DNA of 62,901 bases, filler included, from Neoconidiobolus thromboides FSU 785 (GCA_025603075.1; 6 parts of 6 records of this genome joined end to end with filler, not necessarily neighbours in it); one strand, 5' to 3'; positions 37,671 to 49,399 are shown, counted from the first letter of the whole stretch. Notes: a model not told the origin generated them from the letters alone. Numbers and translations: made by a program.

Positions 37671-40668
37671 ATGAAGTTATGGCTGTGGAGCATATTAAGT
37701 ATAGGGATTTTGAGTTTGATATCTGAAAATAGAAGGCTTAAATTAAAGTAAATATTAAATATTTTATTTTTTTGAATAATAAGATGAATATTAATGGAAA
37801 TTTATAGAGGAGAGGCAAAAGTAACTATTATCAATAAAAAAAATAACAATAATAATCAGTTATATTAAAACTAAAAGGAAATGTTTTATCATTCGTATAA
37901 CTCATACATGAAATTCGGTTTTCCATCCGATGAAGTAAAATTAAAATATTATAAAAATAATTAATCTGTTTATTTAAAATTTAAAACAAGGTAAAACCAA
38001 TCTCTTGTAAAGGATTTAATCGAGATAAAAAAAATAGGTAGTTATCATTTCATTAAATATTATTTACAAAAATGAAGAGAAGTTTATAAATAAAACTAAT
38101 AAAACTAAATAGAAATAATATTGGGGTGAATGATGTGCTTGGAGATTATCAGTTAACTTTAGTTGATTCAATAGATATGTTAGTTGTAAATAAAAATCTT
38201 AATAAATAATAACAAAACTTGAATAAAAATTAATGACTAATTTATTAGGTCTTGGGAGATAAAGTAGAATTTGAAAAAGGAATTAGAAAAATAATAAAAT
38301 ATGTTAATTTTAATAAAGATGCTCGAGTACAAGTATTTGAAGTAACAATAAGAATGTTAGGGGGGCTGGTAATTATTTAAATTTAGCTTTCTTTTCATCA
38401 ACTTCATACTAACTTCTATTTCCAGTTATCAGGTCATATGTTTGCTAGTCAACCTGAGCATGGATTTCAATTAGATTGGTACAATAATGAATTATTATCA
38501 TTAGCCTTAGATTTAGGCGAAAGATTATTACCTGCTTTTTATTCCTCTCCAACGAATATACCATTTGCTAGAGTGAATTTAAAATATGGTATGAATACAG
38601 TAGAAACTTCAGAAACTTGTACAGCTGGAGTAGGTACTTTGTTATTAGAATTTGCTACTTTATCAAGGTTAACAGGGGACGATAGGTTTGAGGTAAGTAG
38701 AGTGTATTTGATTTTTAATGAACAGGTTTATTAATGACAACATGTTTTTATTTAGAAAGTGGCTAGAGATGCATTAAAACAAGTATGGGATTTAAGATTT
38801 GAAACTGGATTATTTGGTAATTCATTAGATTTAAGAAATGGAAAGGTAAATAGAATAATAGTAATAAATTAATTAATCAGCTAAAAATTCATTAGTGGTT
38901 ATATAATATGTCAGGTATTGGGGCTGGAATGGATTCCTTTTTTGAATATTTACTGAAAAGTGCAATATTATTAAATGATGATTCATTGTTAGATCAATTT
39001 GAATCAAGTTATTTAGCTTTATTGAAATTTACTAGAGATCATTCGGGTTTCTTTTATCTTAATATTAATGCTAATAATACCAATTTAATTAATACTTGGA
39101 TTGATTCTCTAGCCGCTTTTTTTCCAGGGTTACAAGTAAGTTTTTAATTTAAGTTTAAACTCAACTCATTATTGAAAAGATGATAAACGTTACTTTAAGA
39201 TTAAATTAAATATTAATAAAAATAATTCGTTTTTCATACTTTTATTTTAGGTATTAGCTGGAGATCTGGAAAACAGTATTAAGTTACATTTAACTTATTT
39301 TAATTTATGGGAAAAATTTCATGCTTTACCTGAAAGATTTGATTTAGAATCTAACAAACCTATCTTAAATTATTATCCATTAAGACCGGAATTTATTGAG
39401 TCAACTTATATGTTATATCAGGTAAATTAACAGTAATAATAATAATAATAATATTACATGTATTATATTACATTATGTCATATCAATCTATATTGTTATA
39501 TATTTATTCGTATGTTATTTTTATTAGGCAACAAGAGATCCATTTTATTTAAAAGTAGGAGAAATGATTTTAAATGATTTACAGTCTAGATTTCGATGTA
39601 AATGTGGATTTGCTTCAATGAGTAATGTATTAAATGGTACATTAGATGATCGTATGGAATCTTTCTTTTTAAGTGAAACTTTAAAATATTTATATTTATT
39701 ATTTGATACAGGTAATTATAGTATTATATTATTGTTGTTCTACTATATTTAATAATGTTCTTATTTATTTTTTAGATAATTATTTTAATAAATTAGATTC
39801 TAATCTAATATTTACTACTGGTAAATTTAATATAAATTTAATATAAACATAAGTTAATTACATTAAATTATTTATTAATATAGAAGGTCATCTATTACCA
39901 TTAACAAAAGATAAATTACAATTTAATGATAATAGCAATAATAAGATATGGAAATTAAAATGTGATAAAATTAAAAGGATACCTTTATTAGAAAGCAACA
40001 TAATATATCGCTCTGATTTTGATTACATAAGAGCCTTAATACATCATGACGATAAAGATAATATACAATTTAATTCAATAATAATAAAAAATTATAATTA
40101 TGAAGGCCAATGTAGTAAAGGTAATAATAATATTATTCAAGATATAATCAATCGACAAGATCCCATCTTAAGTGAATTAATAATTGAAAATCAACTGAAT
40201 CATCATATTTACCATCATGATCAGAATTGGAAATTATATATTCAATTACAATTACAGCATAATATAGAAAAAGAGTTAGAAAAGATTAATTATTTGGGTA
40301 TGAGAGCTATGTTTGGTAGTTATAATTTTAAACATTTAAATTTACCTTTATCTTTATTAAATACTACTCATCTTGGTTGTCAAGAATATAATTTAGAAGA
40401 AAAACAATCAATTAAAGATAAAATTATTTTGATATTTCGTGGGGAATGTTCCTTTTATAAAAAAGCGGAATATGCTCAAAATGCAGGCGCCAAAGCGATT
40501 CTATTTTTTAATACCAATAATGATTTATTTTCACCTACATTATCTGATACTCAAGATTTATCTAAAATACAGATACCTTCTGTATTAGTGTCTAATGCTA
40601 CTGCAGGCAACTTGATTGAACTATTACATCAATTTCCTTATTTACATTTAAAGTTAATTCCTTTTTAA
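37671..40668 (+). CDS. MNL1: EDEM/Mnl1-type GH47 alpha-mannosidase-like protein with C-terminal PA domain (multi-exon)
   Basis: EMFYHSYNSYMKFGFPSDE, VQVFEVTIRMLGGLLSGH, ETCTAGVGTLLLEF, GIGAGMDSFFEYLLK, YPLRPEFIESTY, RMESFFLSETLKYLYLLFD; PA domain RGECSFYKKA..AQNAGA. Confidence 0.9.
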
Positions 40669-40693
40669 CAAATAAAAATCATATATTTTCCAA

Positions 40694-41488
40694 TTAAATA
40701 TATTTTTCCGATTTTAAACTCTTATTCTTTTTAGTATAATAAATCACTAAATAAAACAATAAAAAGTTAACTGCAAATGCCAATGCATTCCCTAACAATA
40801 TAAAGCCATCCTCAATTTCTTGTATAGTAGTAAATACTCTCGCTGCAGTACCTAAGCAATAAAAAAAAGTAGTTGATATTGACAATTGCCCCACTTTTTT
40901 ACTTTGATAAATTAGCCAAATTTGAGGTATCCTTGAGAGTAGAATTATTGGTATAGTTAGTAAAAAACAACCAGTTAACATACTTTCACTTAACAAATAA
41001 CAGAATAAATAAAGTAAGCCAATGGAACTTAAAACAATTCCCATTCCTAACATTATCTTCTTCTTATAATATAACATCAATCCTAAAACTAATAAATTTT
41101 GTATACTAATACAAACTGCTTCACCCCAAGTTGAAAATGCATTTTCTTTTCTCATATTATATCCAATAACAATCAAGTACGCTAATGTTTCAAATAGATA
41201 GGAAGTAAATGAAACCCCTTTTGTACTCTTTGCTTTTAGTATATTATATAATTGTGGTAATTTGACTATACAGCCACCGATTACTATTCCTAATCCAAGA
41301 CCTTTTGAAAGTCCTAATTTAAGACAGGGAACATTGGTGAAATTAAGGGACTCGATTATTTCTTCATAACAATAGGCTTCACCTAAAATAGTAGTAGCTA
41401 ATTGCTTGATAAAGTTGGGAAGGATAATGTATTTGGTATGAAAAGTTGGGTCGGAGACTGAGTTACCATTTTGAACTGGGAGTTTCAT
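40694..41488 (-). CDS. MPDU1: Mannose-P-dolichol utilization defect 1 (PQ-loop protein)
   Basis: CLKLGLSKGLGLGIVIGGCIVKLPQL, FSTWGEA, second PQ loop SRIPQI, GTAARVFTT. Confidence 0.92.
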   Translation of the reverse strand: MKLPVQNGNSVSDPTFHTKYIILPNFIKQLATTILGEAYCYEEIIESLNFTNVPCLKLGLSKGLGLGIVIGGCIVKLPQLYNILKAKSTKGVSFTSYLFETLAYLIVIGYNMRKENAFSTWGEAVCISIQNLLVLGLMLYYKKKIMLGMGIVLSSIGLLYLFCYLLSESMLTGCFLLTIPIILLSRIPQIWLIYQSKKVGQLSISTTFFYCLGTAARVFTTIQEIEDGFILLGNALAFAVNFLLFYLVIYYTKKNKSLKSEKYI

Positions 41489-41530
41489 GTTGTGAAATTA
41501 AGTTTAGTAAAATAATAAAGATACATTTTT

Positions 41531-41570
41531 TTTGGGAGATTTGGAGATTTTGGAGATTTTGGAGATTTTT
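41531..41570. repeat. (TTTTGGAGA)n tandem repeat, ~4 copies, just upstream of MPDU1
   Basis: Direct reading. Confidence 0.8.
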
Positions 41571-41881
41571 TATCTCATATTTTTGGTAATAGGCATAGAT
41601 AAATCCCATAAATTTAGTGTCAATCAATGAGTTATTTTTTAAATACCTCAAGTTTTCAAATGATTAAATTTAAGCATGTTAAATTTCTACCAATAGAATC
41701 TCAATAGCAGATTAGTAAAAGAAGATTTTAACCAAACTGGACCAATCACTTAGTCTAATTTGTACAACCAATTTAACGAAAATTACTTAAATCTTAATAA
41801 ATCTGGATTTAATCAAGAAAAACTCAAACTTCAATTCTCAAAAAACCAACTTTATTTAAAAAAAATAAAACGCCACTCATT

Positions 41882-42088
41882 ATGTTCCGTCCATTAACCT
41901 ATTTAGAAAAACAGCGTGTGACAACGCGATTGTTTGTTGCAGTAGCCTTAGGTGCTGTATTTACAGTAGCTGCACCGACTTTATTTCCTTGTCCTGTAGT
42001 GAGTAGTCCGTATAATCAACAGATTGAAAGGGATGATGGAGAAAAATTAAAAGATGTTAAAAAAATTGTTATTGGCACTAGGAGGTGA
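41882..42088 (+). CDS. COA2: Small protein resembling cytochrome c oxidase assembly factor Coa2
   Basis: 68 aa; basic N-terminus, one hydrophobic segment, then LFPCP (yeast Coa2 has ..VLPCP.. and is about the same length, from recall); GC-richer than flanks. Confidence 0.55.
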   Translation: MFRPLTYLEKQRVTTRLFVAVALGAVFTVAAPTLFPCPVVSSPYNQQIERDDGEKLKDVKKIVIGTRR

Positions 42089-42692
42089 AGTAAAAGATAT
42101 ATATAAATGATATGAGGATTAAATTAAAAGAAGAGGGTCGATTGAATTTCGAAACAAAAAATAATAAAGTTATTGTTAATGCCGTTAATTTATAATTTGT
42201 TGGAAATGGAATTTGTATTATTTTCGAAGATCTGTTTTACTAGATAACAACTGTTTTCAATCTCTTTTTTAACACTATTTACTTTTTTAATTTTATGATA
42301 TTAAAATTCTCCGGCACTGAGTTGATATCCCTTTTAAATTTGATAAAGTAAATTGAATACTTAACACTTTTTATTTTTAAATATAGTATAGTGAACCCTT
42401 GGAAACATGATAAAAATAAAAATAATTATATTTTATAAACTTATTTATTTTCTTAAACTTTTATTTAAATTGGACAATAGTATAGAGATCCTATTTATAT
42501 TTATATTTTTCAATTTAATTTCAAAATAAAAACTCGCTTCAAATTCCAAAATAAATCCCATAATATCTCATCTGATGAGTAAGTTTAGCTGCAGGAATTA
42601 AGCAGCGAAAATAACTTATTTGGTGAACCAATAAATTTGAAAATTAGAATTTTAAAACTTTCGATTAGATTTTACATTTCTTCAATACAATT

Positions 42693-43407
42693 ATGTTTTC
42701 CAAATTAGCCATTAAAGCGATTCCAAGAGCTTCTACTTTAACCAAACGCGTACTTGTCAATAATGTACGTAGTATCAGTAGCACCATGATCTGCAAAGGT
42801 GGAGGTAAGTAATGAATTTATATTTCCATTTCGTTTGATCCACAATTCATTATAAAGCTTTCTCAACTCAACTTTTCACATACTAAAACTATTTCTCTCA
42901 GATCATCATGCCCCAGCCCCAATTATTGTAGGACCTGGAGCCAAAGATGGTGAAGTACCATCTGATATTGAACAAGCTGCTGGTTTAGCACGTATTGAAT
43001 TATTATCTGAAATTGAAGGTAGAGAGTTTTTCGATTTAAGACCCATTGAAATGACTCACCTTGGTACTAAAAAAAATCCAATTGTTGTTGAATCTCATGA
43101 TAATATTCGTTATGTGGGTTGCACTGGTAAGTCAATTTAAGTTTAATTATCTTTATTTATCGAATAGAATTATGTTTATAATGTATATTTAAATTTAAAT
43201 ATTAACTTATTTCCTTAAATTTAAATAGGTTACCCAGTTGATTCTCACGATACCATTTGGTTAACTTTAGAAGAACAACATGAGTTTGATCGTTGTCCAG
43301 AATGTGGTTCCGTATATAAACTTAAAACTGTTAATCCACCAGAAATTCCTCATGGTTCCCTTCTTGAGCATAATGGTGGTGAAACTGGTAAAGTACACAG
43401 TCATTAA
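42693..43407 (+). CDS. COX4: Cytochrome c oxidase subunit IV, fungal (COX5B family), 3 exons; absent from the ORF track
   Basis: Presequence MFSKLAIKAIPRAST, GPGAKDGEVPSDIEQAAGLARIE, RYVGCTG|YP, zinc motif RCPECGSVYKL. Confidence 0.93.
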
Positions 43408-44632
43408 ATCAAATAAATCAATAAAATTTTTATACGTTTTATATATAAATTTGATATAGTAGGGTGTGGTAATTTTGATCTTTTAAAAGTTAGAGTTGAA
43501 GATGGATTAAGGGAAATTAGGTTTACATTGTAATAATTTAGATTTTATTTTAAATTACTATAGTTGATTTGATAGTACTAAGTAGCAATATATAATACTT
43601 TTAATAAAGTCACACGCCATCCTTTTAACTTTTAGTCTTGATAGTAAACTAATGTAAAGCCTATGTTTTTATTCCAATAAATCATGATCTGACTGTCTAT
43701 TTTTATCTAGATTTTTAAAAAGTTAATATATGGTTCATCATTTTATTATTAATACTTTTAATTATAAGCTTTTAACATGTAATTGATATTAGATAAGTAA
43801 TTAAGAAATTTATTAAAAAATTCAAGTATTTTATATGTAAATCAAATGGCGCCATTTTTTTATCTCTTAGTTAAATGCTGTACAGATTATCACCCACCAT
43901 CGTCATCTATTATTTGTTAGTAAAAGTAATCTTCAATCATTTATGATTTTTAAATTAAGGATTTAATTCTTGATAAAAGACCTAAAAAATCTTGAAGTTA
44001 ATAAAATCCGAGAAAACATTAAATTATTTCTATTTATAAAATTGAACAAATTTATCGAGTTTAAATCAAACTTTAAATATACTATTGAGGATGTCAAAAT
44101 AAAGTATCTAAGCAGAAGATACATTGGTACAAAACCATTGAACTATAATAATTAAACTTTAGAATAAGAGATATATTATTAAACTGTTATTGCTTCAGAG
44201 ATGAGGTTGAAATCTTTAAAGAGTTAGTTTTAAGTAGCATTAATGAAACTCTTGAAGTATTTTATAACTTCAAGGGTACTCGCTTTTCTTGTTACTCTTG
44301 TTTAATCCGCGAAGAATATTTCTTGAATGGATTTCTTATTGGTTTTTGTCTTCTCTTTCACTATTTAACTATATCTTGTTTTAAATAACTGTAGCTTCTA
44401 TTAACATAAAAAATACCTCTTTGGTTTAAATATATGGGGATGTCCAAATTGATTTCATCTTTTTATCTAATTTTAAATTCTAAACTATGAACAAAGTAAC
44501 CAATAAAATGGTATCAAAATAAGCCTAGTTTTTTGGATGTTTATTTTTGAGAATTTTGCTTAAAATTTTATGAAAATAAACTTTTATTAAAAAGCAAAAA
44601 TGTCTAACATTTTTAAATTATTTTATTATAAT

Positions 44633-44739
44633 ATATAGGGATGTATTTTTGTGTTTAAGAGCTTTACTAATGATTTTTCCACTCAAATAGCGCTTAAAGG
44701 ATGGAAAAAGTAATAAAGCCAAAAAAAACATCCCCATAT
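44633..44739 (+). mobile_element. MITE copy i
   Basis: ATAT-AGGGATGTATTTTT...AAAAAAAACATCCCC-ATAT; an isolated TIR half ATATGGGGATGT lies at ~44432. Confidence 0.9.
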
Positions 44740-44845
44740 GTTATAAATTTTCAGAGCTTTTATTAAGTTTAATAAAAATTGCTAGATTAATAAGGCTGTG
44801 AAATCTGGTACTCAGGGTTTGGAGTCAAGAACAGCTATTGCTGGG

Positions 44846-44945
44846 NNNNNNNNNNNNNNNNNNNNNNNNNNNNNNNNNNNNNNNNNNNNTTAATTAATTA
44901 ANNNNNNNNNNNNNNNNNNNNNNNNNNNNNNNNNNNNNNNNNNNN
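44846..44945. other. Artificial contig linker
   Basis: N44-TTAATTAATTAA-N44. Confidence 0.97.
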
Positions 44946-45037
44946 ATCTAAATTAAGTAATTGCTCTTCAGAACTTGATTAGATTATAAATACCCTTGCT
45001 TTATTGTTTTTTTCTAATTTTTATTCATTATTAAAAA

Positions 45038-47104
45038 ATGACTTCCGGTGAAAAAAGCTACGTTGATGACGCCTTTATGAGTGAAAAGGATGATGCATAC
45101 ATCAATGAAAAGGATGACACTAGATATCAAATTCAAAATATTAATGATCGTGACGTTCCAGAAGATATAGTAGATTATCAATTCACATTCCGTTCTATTG
45201 CTGTTGGTACTCTTTTAGGCTGTATCCTTGGTGCAAGTAATATATATATGGGTTTAAAAGCTGGATGGCAATTTTTAGGATCTTTCTTTGGTTCAATTGC
45301 TGGTTTTGGTATTGTTCAATTAATATCTCATTTACCACTTTATCTTGGTGGAGGCCCACTTGGTGTCAGAGAAACCTGCACAATACAAACAGCTGCTACC
45401 GCAACTGCTGGATTAACAGCCGTCTTCTCTTCTGTTATCCCAGCTGCATATCGCTTAGGGTTACTTCCACCACTTCATCTTTCATGGGGATTATTAATTT
45501 GTTGGCTTATTCCAGCTTCATTTTATGGCATGTTTTTTGCTATTCCTTTGAGAACCACTTTTGTTTTAAAACAGAAACTTCCTTTTCCAGGACCAGCTGC
45601 AGTATCTCAAGTGATTAAGAACCTCCATAAAAAATCAAGCAGCAATGCTTCCAAACAACTTTGGTATATGATGGTTCCATTTGCTGGCTCTTTACTTTAT
45701 CGTGTATTTACTTTTTTTGTTCCCTTCTTATGGGACCTTCATTTCTTTTATTGGGTTGGATCAGCCGCTAATAACGCCAGTGTGATAGCTGTGGATACTA
45801 TTTGGGGATGGAGAGCACAGGTTACTCCTGCATTTTTTGGTTGTGGAATGATGGTTGGATTAAATACTTCATTTTCTTTCCTTGCTGGAGCCTTGCTTGC
45901 CTGGGGCATAATTGGACCTTGTGTTTTTTATTTAACAGATATTGTTGGAAAGAGTTTAGTTATTACTCAGAATCCCACGGGTACTTCTATTGTACAATGG
46001 AATCTTTGGATTGGTATCATAATGATGCTTGCATACAGTTTCACTGAATTAATAGTTAATTATGATACTGTTTTCACTGGATTGAAGGGTCCATTAATTT
46101 CTTTAAAGAATTGCTACTATAGACGCTTCTCGCCATCAAATGTACAAGATATAGAATATGAAGATCATGATGATCCTGCACCACCAAACGAACAAGTTCC
46201 AACTTGGATGTGGGTTGTTGGTCTTATAACCTCGTTAGTAGTAAACATTTTGGTAAATCATTTCTATTTAGATATTGGGATTGGTAAAACTATTTTATGT
46301 GCCATCTTAAGTTTCTTACTTTCCTATGTTGGAACTTTGATTGCAGCACAAACAAATATAAATTCAGGTGGTGCTATATCTAAAATAGTTCAAATTATAT
46401 TTTCAGTCATTCCATCTGCTGATGTTAACATGGCACTATCAAGCAGTTTAATGCTTACTGGTTATAGTACTCAAACAATATTACAAGCTTCAGAAATGGT
46501 TGGAGATTTGAAAACTGGCCATGATGTAGGTGCTGCACCAAAATATCAATTTTATGCTCAAGTTTTAGCAACTATCCCTGGTATTTTTGTCGCTGTAGCT
46601 ATCTTTCAGTTGTTTGCTGCTGGATATCCTTGTATTTTAAGCAAAACTCCTGATCTACTTTGTCCTTTCCCTGCCCCTGGTGCAGCATCATTTCAAAGTC
46701 TTGCATTACTACTTACTAGCGGAGCAGATAAATTATTCCCATCATCATGTCGTATTGCTTGTATAGTGATGGGATGTGTTAGTATTATAGGTGCTTTATT
46801 GAAAAGCAAATTTTTGAAAAAATACAGCAATTATATACCTAACTTTGGGGTTATAGGCTTAGCCTTCTGTGTTCCTCAACCAGCTGTTCCTATTACGCTT
46901 TCTGTAGGCGCTATATTTGGATATTTCTGGAATAAACGTAATCCAGAGAGTCATAGTCTTCTAATGATGTCGATTGCAGCAGGAATGATAGGTGGAGAAG
47001 GAATCGGTGGATTAGTAACAGCTATATTAACTATTGCTGGAGTCGATCAAGGCAAATATGCTGTAGGGTTCGGATGTCCCGAAAATAATCCAAAAAAATG
47101 TTAA
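45038..47104 (+). CDS. OPT-family oligopeptide transporter (YSL-like), 688 aa, intronless
   Basis: FTFRSIAVGTLLGCILGASNIYMGLKAGW, ETCTIQTAATA, LPFPGPAAV, DLKTGHDVGAAP, GMIGGEGIGG. Confidence 0.92.
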   Translation: MTSGEKSYVDDAFMSEKDDAYINEKDDTRYQIQNINDRDVPEDIVDYQFTFRSIAVGTLLGCILGASNIYMGLKAGWQFLGSFFGSIAGFGIVQLISHLPLYLGGGPLGVRETCTIQTAATATAGLTAVFSSVIPAAYRLGLLPPLHLSWGLLICWLIPASFYGMFFAIPLRTTFVLKQKLPFPGPAAVSQVIKNLHKKSSSNASKQLWYMMVPFAGSLLYRVFTFFVPFLWDLHFFYWVGSAANNASVIAVDTIWGWRAQVTPAFFGCGMMVGLNTSFSFLAGALLAWGIIGPCVFYLTDIVGKSLVITQNPTGTSIVQWNLWIGIIMMLAYSFTELIVNYDTVFTGLKGPLISLKNCYYRRFSPSNVQDIEYEDHDDPAPPNEQVPTWMWVVGLITSLVVNILVNHFYLDIGIGKTILCAILSFLLSYVGTLIAAQTNINSGGAISKIVQIIFSVIPSADVNMALSSSLMLTGYSTQTILQASEMVGDLKTGHDVGAAPKYQFYAQVLATIPGIFVAVAIFQLFAAGYPCILSKTPDLLCPFPAPGAASFQSLALLLTSGADKLFPSSCRIACIVMGCVSIIGALLKSKFLKKYSNYIPNFGVIGLAFCVPQPAVPITLSVGAIFGYFWNKRNPESHSLLMMSIAAGMIGGEGIGGLVTAILTIAGVDQGKYAVGFGCPENNPKKC

Positions 47105-47278
47105 TTTGATGGAATAATTCATTTGTTATTTGTTCTTTAATTATTCTGTACTTTTTTTGATACATTATTCAAGTCAAATGGGCTATATCGCACAACCACA
47201 TTTCAATTTTAATAAAGAAGTTTTCAATTTTGGTAAAAAACGTTTTTAATTTTTTAAATTTATAGTCAAAATAATAGT

Positions 47279-47384
47279 ATAAGAGGATGTTTTTTTTTAT
47301 TTCACTACTTTTTCCATCTTTTAAGCGTTATTTGAATGGAAAAATTGTTAGTAAATTCTTAAATGAAAAAATACATCCCCATAA
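47279..47384 (-). mobile_element. MITE copy j with non-palindromic TSD ATAA
   Basis: ATAA-GAGGATGT...ACATCCCC-ATAA; element proper 47283-47380. Confidence 0.9.
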
Positions 47385-48273
47385 GTAAATTGTAAATATA
47401 TAAATACGGTGATGAATTAAACCTAAATCACGTTCATCAAAATAATTTATTTATAAATCAAATAATCATAATTTAAAAAGAGCAATTAAATACTACAATA
47501 CCAAATATCATATCTTACTATAATATATATATAATATAGCTTTTCAAAGTAATAATTAATAGTATGGCTTTGAGTCGATAAGGATTTATGAGTTCGTGAA
47601 GTAAAAAGTATAAAATTAAATAATATAAGAAAAAACGATTTTTTATTAAACATCGTATAATAAAAAATAAATATTATCAGAAAAATATTACCAAAGCACC
47701 CAAAGCTATTAAAACAAAAAACACCAACAAGTATGATGCTAACTATTTAATATTAATAGTTCAACTTTAATTTATAAGAATCCTGTACTTTTAATCAAAG
47801 GAATTGTACTAAAATTAAAGCTGGCTAATTCAGAAAAGGAAAGATTAGTCAACTACATACTTGAACTAGGTGCTAAATGATTTCCCCTTGAGTATATTTA
47901 TGTAGAAACTATGGCTGGTCGCTTTCTTACTAAATATAAAAGGTCGTTAATTAATGAAACCTGAGTTATCAACTTTATAAAAAGAAAACCAAAAATTTGA
48001 ACTTGTTGAATAGAAAGTATGGCTATTAAGAAGCTAAAATAAAGGTATTGATTTAATATTAAATTGGTTTACTATTACTAAAAGAATTGTTATAAAGTAT
48101 AATATATATAAAATAGTTATGAAATAAAATTATTTATTGAATATGTTTTAATATAATATTTAATATTATTATATTTTTTATAACAGATTTTTAAAGCTAC
48201 TTTTTAAAGTTATTGTTTAACAGTTTTAAATTGCTTCCAGCTAATTACATCTATTTCTTTTTAAAGATTATAA

Positions 48274-48588
48274 TCATTTTATATTAAAAGTATTTTCTTT
48301 ATAAAACTCCTTTTTTAGTATATGGGGATGTATTTTTATGTTTAACAATTTTACTAATAAAATTTACGCTCAAATAGTGCTTAAAGAATGGAAAAAGTAG
48401 TGAAGTCAAAAAACATCCCCATATCTTCTGTTTTGCTTAATGGTTCAAAACTACTTTTCCATTTTGAAAGGTTTCCAAAATGTCCATCAGCTATACTTTT
48501 TCCATGATGCTCAGCAAAAAAATTAAGGTTGACATTCAAACTACTATTTGGGGTTGTCTGAATTAGTTTCATTATTTTATCCAATTTT
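48274..48588 (-). pseudogene. DDD/E transposase remnant (Sola2-like motif), interrupted by MITE copy k and cut by the contig end
   Basis: NLNFFAEHHGKSIADGHFGNLSKW; removing the MITE plus one TSD restores the frame ...SKTEDILKKEFYKENTFNIK*. Confidence 0.55.
48320..48424 (+). mobile_element. MITE copy k
   Basis: ATAT-GGGGATGTATTTTT...AAAAAACATCCCC-ATAT. Confidence 0.92.
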
Positions 48589-48688
48589 NNNNNNNNNNNN
48601 NNNNNNNNNNNNNNNNNNNNNNNNNNNNNNNNTTAATTAATTAANNNNNNNNNNNNNNNNNNNNNNNNNNNNNNNNNNNNNNNNNNNN
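48589..48688. other. Artificial contig linker
   Basis: N44-TTAATTAATTAA-N44. Confidence 0.97.
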
Positions 48689-48690
48689 CA

Positions 48691-49023
48691 AATTTATCAA
48701 GAATGAAGACAATCTCTCATCATAATTCAAGAAGGCTCAGTTATGCTGCTGATGTGTTTGAACAACATGCTTATACTGCTAAAGCATGTAGAGAACATGA
48801 ACCTTTTGATCCTAGCTCCAACTTACCACCTTGTGAAATCAAACATCTTATTCCAATTTCAAAGCAAATGTCCGCTATTTCAGCTTATGGAATTGATATC
48901 TATGGTACTGCTATTTTATTATTATTATCAAGTTTCGTTTTAGCATCCTATTTCTTATACTACTTATCTAAATTTGTATACAGCTTTTATAAGCAAATTT
49001 CAGCTAAGTCAAAAACAGAATGA
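48691..49023 (+). CDS. 3' end of a probable UDP-glycosyltransferase (5' part lost at gap)
   Basis: NLSRMKTISHHNSRRLSYAADVFE...HLIP...IDIY, a C-terminal TM and a KSKTE end resemble UGT C-termini; frame open from the contig start. Confidence 0.5.
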   Translation, partial: NLSRMKTISHHNSRRLSYAADVFEQHAYTAKACREHEPFDPSSNLPPCEIKHLIPISKQMSAISAYGIDIYGTAILLLLSSFVLASYFLYYLSKFVYSFYKQISAKSKTE

Positions 49024-49282
49024 ACAAAGTGAACTACATTTCTTATTATTATTAGTATCACTGTTTTTTAAATAAATAAAGGGATATTAAATATTATTAA
49101 TTGTTATATATATGTATTAAATATAAATATGTTTCTTATATCTCTACTGTAAAAACAAATAAATATTCAAGTTGCCTAACTTATGAAACAAAGCCGTCAA
49201 TAGAGTTGCTTTATTGAAGTAAAGGTAGTATTGAGAATATTCTTTTGCTTTTAAAAAACTCAATAAGCTAAAATTAAATTCA

Positions 49283-49384
49283 CCTGGGATGTATTTTTAT
49301 GCTTGAATTTTAGTGATAGTTTTTCCACTTAAATAGCGCTTAAAAGATGGAAAAAGTGATGAAGCCAAAAAAACATCCTCATGT
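49283..49384 (+). mobile_element. MITE copy l
   Basis: TGGGATGTATTTTT...AAATAGCGCTTAAAAGATGGAAAAAG...AAAAAAACATCCTC. Confidence 0.85.
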
Positions 49385-49399
49385 TATTTTCATTCAAGT

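Noticed and set aside
45265-46047. Alternate-frame ORFs inside the OPT gene
   Set aside because: Off-frame by-products of a GC-richer coding region
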